A stretch of DNA of 64,000 bases, taken from Candidatus Nanoarchaeia archaeon. GTDB lineage: Archaea > Nanobdellota > Nanobdellia > SCGC-AAA011-G17 > JAFCDX01. Under the pieces are notes generated by a model. It worked only from the letters and a program-made list of their open reading frames with translations, was not told the origin of the DNA and made no database searches. Positions 59,873 to 64,000 of this stretch are shown here, piece after piece. The translations under genes and the position numbers were made by a program. The stretch covers positions 194,202-258,201 of the forward strand of contig JAQUOT010000002.1 of the NCBI GenBank assembly GCA_028716945.1, read 5' to 3'. Numbering within the stretch: position 1 is the first letter of the stretch; each line of letters opens with the position of its first letter.

Positions 59873-61315
59873 ATGGATTATAAAAGTGCTAAAAATAGAA
59901 GAGAAAAGGTACAATCTAGAACAATTATATTAAAACAGGATGGATTTGAGAAACCATTAGAAAATTATAATTTAGATTCTGAAAAAGATTCTCAGCTAAA
60001 AGTATTTTTAAAAAGAGAGAGTGGAGCTGAAATAGAAAACATAGAAGCCCCACAACACATAAAGATTATGCAACAACAAGAGTTAATCGATTATGAACCC
60101 TCTTCAGATATTGGTCATTTTAGATTTTATCCTAAAGGCACTTTAATGAAGAATCTTATTGAAGACTTAGCTGAAGATATTGCAATAAATAAGCTTGGAG
60201 CTATAAAAATTGAAACTCCTCTTTTATATAGGGCAGAAACTCCAGATATTGCAGAACAAGCTGCATCTTTTCATGAAAGAGATTACAGGGTAAAATTAGA
60301 AGATAGAGAATTACTTTTAAGATTTGCAGGTGATTTTGGTTTGTTTAGTATGATGAAAGATGCTAAATTAACTTATAAAAATCTTCCATTAAGAGTTTAT
60401 GAAATCTCTAATTCATTTAGATTCGAACAAAGCGGAGAATTATCTGGATTAAAAAGATTAAGGGCGTTCACCATGCCAGATATACATTGTTTTTGTAAAA
60501 ATTTTGAAAGTGGATTAGAAGAATACGCAAAATTGCACAAGTTTTATGATCATCTTCTTCATGAAACAGAATTACCTTTTGCATTGGCTTTCAGAACTGT
60601 TGAAGATTTTTGGAGTCAAAATAAAAAATTTATTTTAGATAGATTAAAAGAAAGTAAAAAAGATGGATTGGTTGAAATTCTAAAAGATATGAAACATTAT
60701 TGGAATTTAAAAAATGAATTTCAATATATTGATAATAACGAAGATAATGTACAACTATCAACAGTACAATTAGATATAAGTGATTCTAAAAGGTATGGAC
60801 TTGGATATGTTGATTCTGATAATCAAAAAAAACCAATGGTAATTGTACATAGTTCAATGGGTTCTGTAGAAAGAATTTTGAGTGCAATATTTGAAGAAAG
60901 AGCAAGAGAGATGAAAAGAGGGCAAAAACCTACATTTCCATATTGGCTTTCTCCAACACAATTAAGGTTAATTCCGGTTAATCCTACCTTTATAAGATAT
61001 TGTGAAAATATTCTTTCAGAATTTAAAGGGATCAGAGTGGATATAGATGATAGAGATGAAAGTGTTGGAAAAAAAGTTAGATCTGCTGAAAAAGAATGGA
61101 TTCCTGCTTATGCAGTTATTGGAGAAATAGAATCAGCATCCAATTTATATAATTTAAAATTAAGAGGAAAAGAATTTTCTAATTGTTTAGGAGAAAAATT
61201 AACTACAACAGAAATTAATAAATTACTTTTAAATGCTCAAGGAGAAAAGCCTTATAGAGATTCTTATCTAAATAAAAAAGTAAGTAAAAAAATAAGATTT
61301 GGTTCTTTATATTGA
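59873..61315 (+). CDS. thrS: second threonine--tRNA ligase lacking the editing domain
   Basis: GHFRFYPKG, SFRFEQSGELSGLKRLRAFTMPDIH, QLSTVQLD, HSSMGSVER, anticodon-binding domain; no editing domain. Confidence 0.9.
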   Translation: MDYKSAKNRREKVQSRTIILKQDGFEKPLENYNLDSEKDSQLKVFLKRESGAEIENIEAPQHIKIMQQQELIDYEPSSDIGHFRFYPKGTLMKNLIEDLAEDIAINKLGAIKIETPLLYRAETPDIAEQAASFHERDYRVKLEDRELLLRFAGDFGLFSMMKDAKLTYKNLPLRVYEISNSFRFEQSGELSGLKRLRAFTMPDIHCFCKNFESGLEEYAKLHKFYDHLLHETELPFALAFRTVEDFWSQNKKFILDRLKESKKDGLVEILKDMKHYWNLKNEFQYIDNNEDNVQLSTVQLDISDSKRYGLGYVDSDNQKKPMVIVHSSMGSVERILSAIFEERAREMKRGQKPTFPYWLSPTQLRLIPVNPTFIRYCENILSEFKGIRVDIDDRDESVGKKVRSAEKEWIPAYAVIGEIESASNLYNLKLRGKEFSNCLGEKLTTTEINKLLLNAQGEKPYRDSYLNKKVSKKIRFGSLY

Positions 61316-61317
61316 AT

Positions 61318-62466
61318 TTAGTTTCTTTTCCAGAAATAAATACCTAAAATCATTGCAATAAAAACAATTGCTCCGATGAATTCATAAACTAATTTCTTTG
61401 CAAATCCCATAAATTTGTTATCAGTTTGAGGTATTACATCAGTAACTTCTTTTACATCTTGTGCCATTACTGGTTCTTGTACTTCTGTAGTAGGATATAC
61501 TATTGGTTTAGCTTCAACTATTCTAGTTAAAGTATGTCTATGACTTGATCCGCCTGATCCACCAGATGAACTTGAACTTGATATAACTACAGGCGCAATA
61601 TTTGATTCATTTTCACCTTGATCATCTTCGTCTTCACCTTGGTCATCTTCTGTTTCATTTACAAAACCACAAATAGATACATTTATTGTACTCTCTTCTG
61701 TTCTAAGTAAACTAAGAATATTCATCACTGCAGATCTATCTGGAATTTCTATAATTCCATTTCCATCGAAATCAAATTTAATTTGATCAAGAGGCAATCC
61801 ATTAGTTAATGCATCTTCTATAAAATTTAAAGAAGTATTTGCTTCTTCTTTACTAATAAAACTATCATTATTTGCATCTAATTCTTCACATGCAGTTGAA
61901 TTATAATTGAATTCTGTTTCATTTGATTCATTTTCATCAATAGATTCAGTTTCATTTGATTCTGTATCATTTATTGGTGTTGGGTTAGTTAAAATGTATT
62001 TTAATGCTTCGATATCATATTCATCAAAATCATTGTCATCATCCATATTCATATTTGAACAATCTGCTACAGGTGAGCAAGTTATATTTTGATTACTTAC
62101 TAAAAAAGTTAAACAAGATAAATCAGGAATTTCTATTAGATTATTACCATCGCAATCTCCTTTTAAAGGTTGTAATTTATCTAAATTAACTTCTGAATTT
62201 TCTTCAGTAATATTTTGATTTTCAGTTAAAACATTTTCTAAAAATATGATATCTAGTTCATTGATATTCCCGTCATTATTTGCATCCATATTTGAACAAT
62301 TATAAGTTGTATTACATAGATTTTGATCTGCAACTATTTGATTCATGCACGATAAATCAGGTATTTCTATTAAATTATTACCATCGCAATCGCCTTGTAA
62401 AGCAAATGCTAGTGGAACTAAAAAAATCATTACAAAAAACATTAATATTTTCTTTATAGTATTCAT
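61318..62466 (-). CDS. surface protein with dockerin/EF-hand-like repeats
   Basis: GDCDGNNLIEIPDL twice, DANNDG.I..D, DFDGNG; Ser/Gly linker; C-terminal TM. Confidence 0.75.
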   Translation of the reverse strand: MNTIKKILMFFVMIFLVPLAFALQGDCDGNNLIEIPDLSCMNQIVADQNLCNTTYNCSNMDANNDGNINELDIIFLENVLTENQNITEENSEVNLDKLQPLKGDCDGNNLIEIPDLSCLTFLVSNQNITCSPVADCSNMNMDDDNDFDEYDIEALKYILTNPTPINDTESNETESIDENESNETEFNYNSTACEELDANNDSFISKEEANTSLNFIEDALTNGLPLDQIKFDFDGNGIIEIPDRSAVMNILSLLRTEESTINVSICGFVNETEDDQGEDEDDQGENESNIAPVVISSSSSSGGSGGSSHRHTLTRIVEAKPIVYPTTEVQEPVMAQDVKEVTDVIPQTDNKFMGFAKKLVYEFIGAIVFIAMILGIYFWKRN

Positions 62467-62608
62467 TTTAACCTGTATATTACAGTATCTACTTGTTTAT
62501 AAACCTTCCTATTATTAACTACTAAGAAGTAACAATATATATATATATATTCAAGAAATACTAGTCTAAACTAGGTTTAAATGGCTTATTAACAGGTTTT
62601 ATTAAGAA

Positions 62609-63379
62609 TTATTGTACTTCTGGCACTACATCATCTAAATTCTTATTTTCTCCAAAAACAAATATAGCCCATAAAGGTTTATTTATATCTAAATTTCCAG
62701 TTATAGCATTAACTTTTAATTCCAATGGAACTTTTATATCCCAAATAAATAATATTTTTCCATAAGATTCTGTTGTATATATAAACCAAACTTTCTTTTT
62801 ATCTATTTTAACTTCTTTATATTCAATATTTACTCCAGGATTATCATAAGTTTCTAACTGATATCTAAAAGTATTCTTTGCTTGAAAAGGCATTACTTTA
62901 AAAGGAATTTCTTCTTCGTTTACATATAATATCCCTTTGTTTACTTTTACTCTAGATAAACTAAAATTAATTTTATTATCGTCTAAAAATAAAGAATTTT
63001 CATTTTTTACTTGTATTATTCTTATATTTCTTGATAAATTATAAACTAATTTTGGAGAAACAATAGGACTCTCATGTAATATATTCACTTCTTGATTTCC
63101 AATAAAAATTTGTTTAGGGGTTATAATAATTGGTTCTTCTGGGATAGATAAATGCACAATAGGATGACCATTTATTTTAGTTATAGCTTTTCCATCTATA
63201 TTAAATATATTTTCATTATAATTTCTAGATATTATGGCTTTACTATCTAAAACTATATCTTTAAGTTCTACGCTAGTAGTATAATTTGCTACAGGATCAT
63301 AACCTATTACTTCTTCAAATGCAAATACTAAATTAACTAATAATGCTGCAAATATTAAGTATAAAATCGCTTTTTTCAT
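62609..63379 (-). CDS. secreted hypothetical protein
   Basis: Signal peptide; K.LF..V..VNA.TG..KP.W tail. Confidence 0.65.
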   Translation of the reverse strand: MKKAILYLIFAALLVNLVFAFEEVIGYDPVANYTTSVELKDIVLDSKAIISRNYNENIFNIDGKAITKINGHPIVHLSIPEEPIIITPKQIFIGNQEVNILHESPIVSPKLVYNLSRNIRIIQVKNENSLFLDDNKINFSLSRVKVNKGILYVNEEEIPFKVMPFQAKNTFRYQLETYDNPGVNIEYKEVKIDKKKVWFIYTTESYGKILFIWDIKVPLELKVNAITGNLDINKPLWAIFVFGENKNLDDVVPEVQ

Positions 63380-63429
63380 TTTGTTTTTATAATGTAAAAG
63401 TATTTAAAAGTTACCTCTTTAAAAACCTT

Positions 63430-63636
63430 ATGAAAATAAAAATAAAGGTTAAAACTGGACAGAAAGAGAATAAAATAATTAAAGAAAACGATTCTTATAT
63501 TGTTTATATTAAAGAGAGGCCAGAACACGGAAAAGCCAATCTAGCTATAATAAAATTGTTTAAAAAAAAGTTAAAAAAAGATATTAGAATAGTTTCTGGA
63601 TTTACTTCCAAAGAAAAAATAATTGAATTAGATTAA
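63430..63636 (+). CDS. DUF167/YggU-family protein
   Basis: IKVK, P..GKAN.A.IK, IVSG.TSK.K; start moved to ATG 63430. Confidence 0.88.
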   Translation: MKIKIKVKTGQKENKIIKENDSYIVYIKERPEHGKANLAIIKLFKKKLKKDIRIVSGFTSKEKIIELD

Positions 63637-64000
63637 GTTCTTAAACCAATTCCAAATATTTGAAAAGAAGTTTCCTATTAAACTAAACAAACCATCACCA
63701 TTTACATTAACAACGGCTCCCCCAGTTATACTATTTAAACCACTATTATCTTGATTAGTTTGATTTTCTGGTATTTCTTCTTTCTTTTCTTCTATACATT
63801 CTTGAGTTTTATTAATTGGTTTACTTTTAAAATTTTTACATCCATTTTCATCATACCAATCTAAACATTTTTGTTTTCCATTTATACATTCTTCCCAGCC
63901 ATTACAAATCCATTTTGAACTACAAGAGCTTCTACCCCCACCGCCTCCACCTCCGCTAGAACTTGAAGGTGTTGGTGCAACATAAGGGTTAACTTTTATA
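63628..64000 (-). CDS. 3' end of a surface protein (Gly linker, TSP1-like Cys module, ITGGAV, amphipathic tail)
   Basis: Manual translation ..SSSGGGGGGGRSSCSSKWICNGWEECINGKQ..ITGGAVV..FFSNIWNWFKNLI*. Confidence 0.7.
   Translation of the reverse strand, partial: IKVNPYVAPTPSSSSGGGGGGGRSSCSSKWICNGWEECINGKQKCLDWYDENGCKNFKSKPINKTQECIEEKKEEIPENQTNQDNSGLNSITGGAVVNVNGDGLFSLIGNFFSNIWNWFKNLI

Noticed and set aside
56559-61315. Assembly duplication, or a Sulfolobus-type split ThrRS
   Set aside because: The copies are substantially diverged, and both retain the catalytic core
1069-62189. Numerous antisense or nested ORFs in the track (e.g. 1069-1404, 7645-8046, 17071-17406, 30578-30823, 31989-32414, 49033-49410)
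   Set aside because: Shadow frames of well-supported genes, with Phe/Ser/Ile-biased composition and no motifs
62535-62550. (AT)n microsatellite as a phase-variation switch
   Set aside because: Short, intergenic and unremarkable in such AT-rich DNA
1-64000. Alternative genetic code or stop-codon readthrough
   Set aside because: Conserved genes are full length under the standard code, and TAA, TAG and TGA all act as stops

Overview
A very AT-rich, gene-dense 64 kb segment of a DPANN-type archaeal chromosome (Woesearchaeota/Pacearchaeota-like, inferred from gene content and protein style). Archaeal markers include the exosome/proteasome superoperon (pop5-psmA-SBDS-rrp4-rrp41-rrp42-rpoK), Rpp30, RNase J, archaeal-type ThrRS, UppS, class III signal-peptide pilins and BRE/TATA promoters about 23-25 nt upstream of many start codons. 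Other content: class III RNR (nrdD/nrdG) facing a trx/FTR/mscL operon, a shortened formate-dehydrogenase-like protein, two ABC systems, MNT-HEPN and decayed RelE-type TA loci, arsR-iscS-iscU and many Cys/Asp-rich surface proteins. The most unusual items are: (1) a near-complete bacterial sigma-70 gene behind an archaeal TATA promoter, next to a secreted protein ending in a bacterial PilA-like domain; (2) two ThrRS paralogues, one without an editing domain, flanking a solute symporter; (3) a bacterial-type Lgt with lipobox proteins in the window; (4) a recurring [ILMV]TG-x-x membrane-proximal motif and a membrane-anchored JAB peptidase; (5) a TtuA that has lost its Fe-S cysteines. I recognised no rRNA, tRNA, CRISPR array, integrase or transposase. 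All family calls come from reading motifs by eye; no database searches were run.
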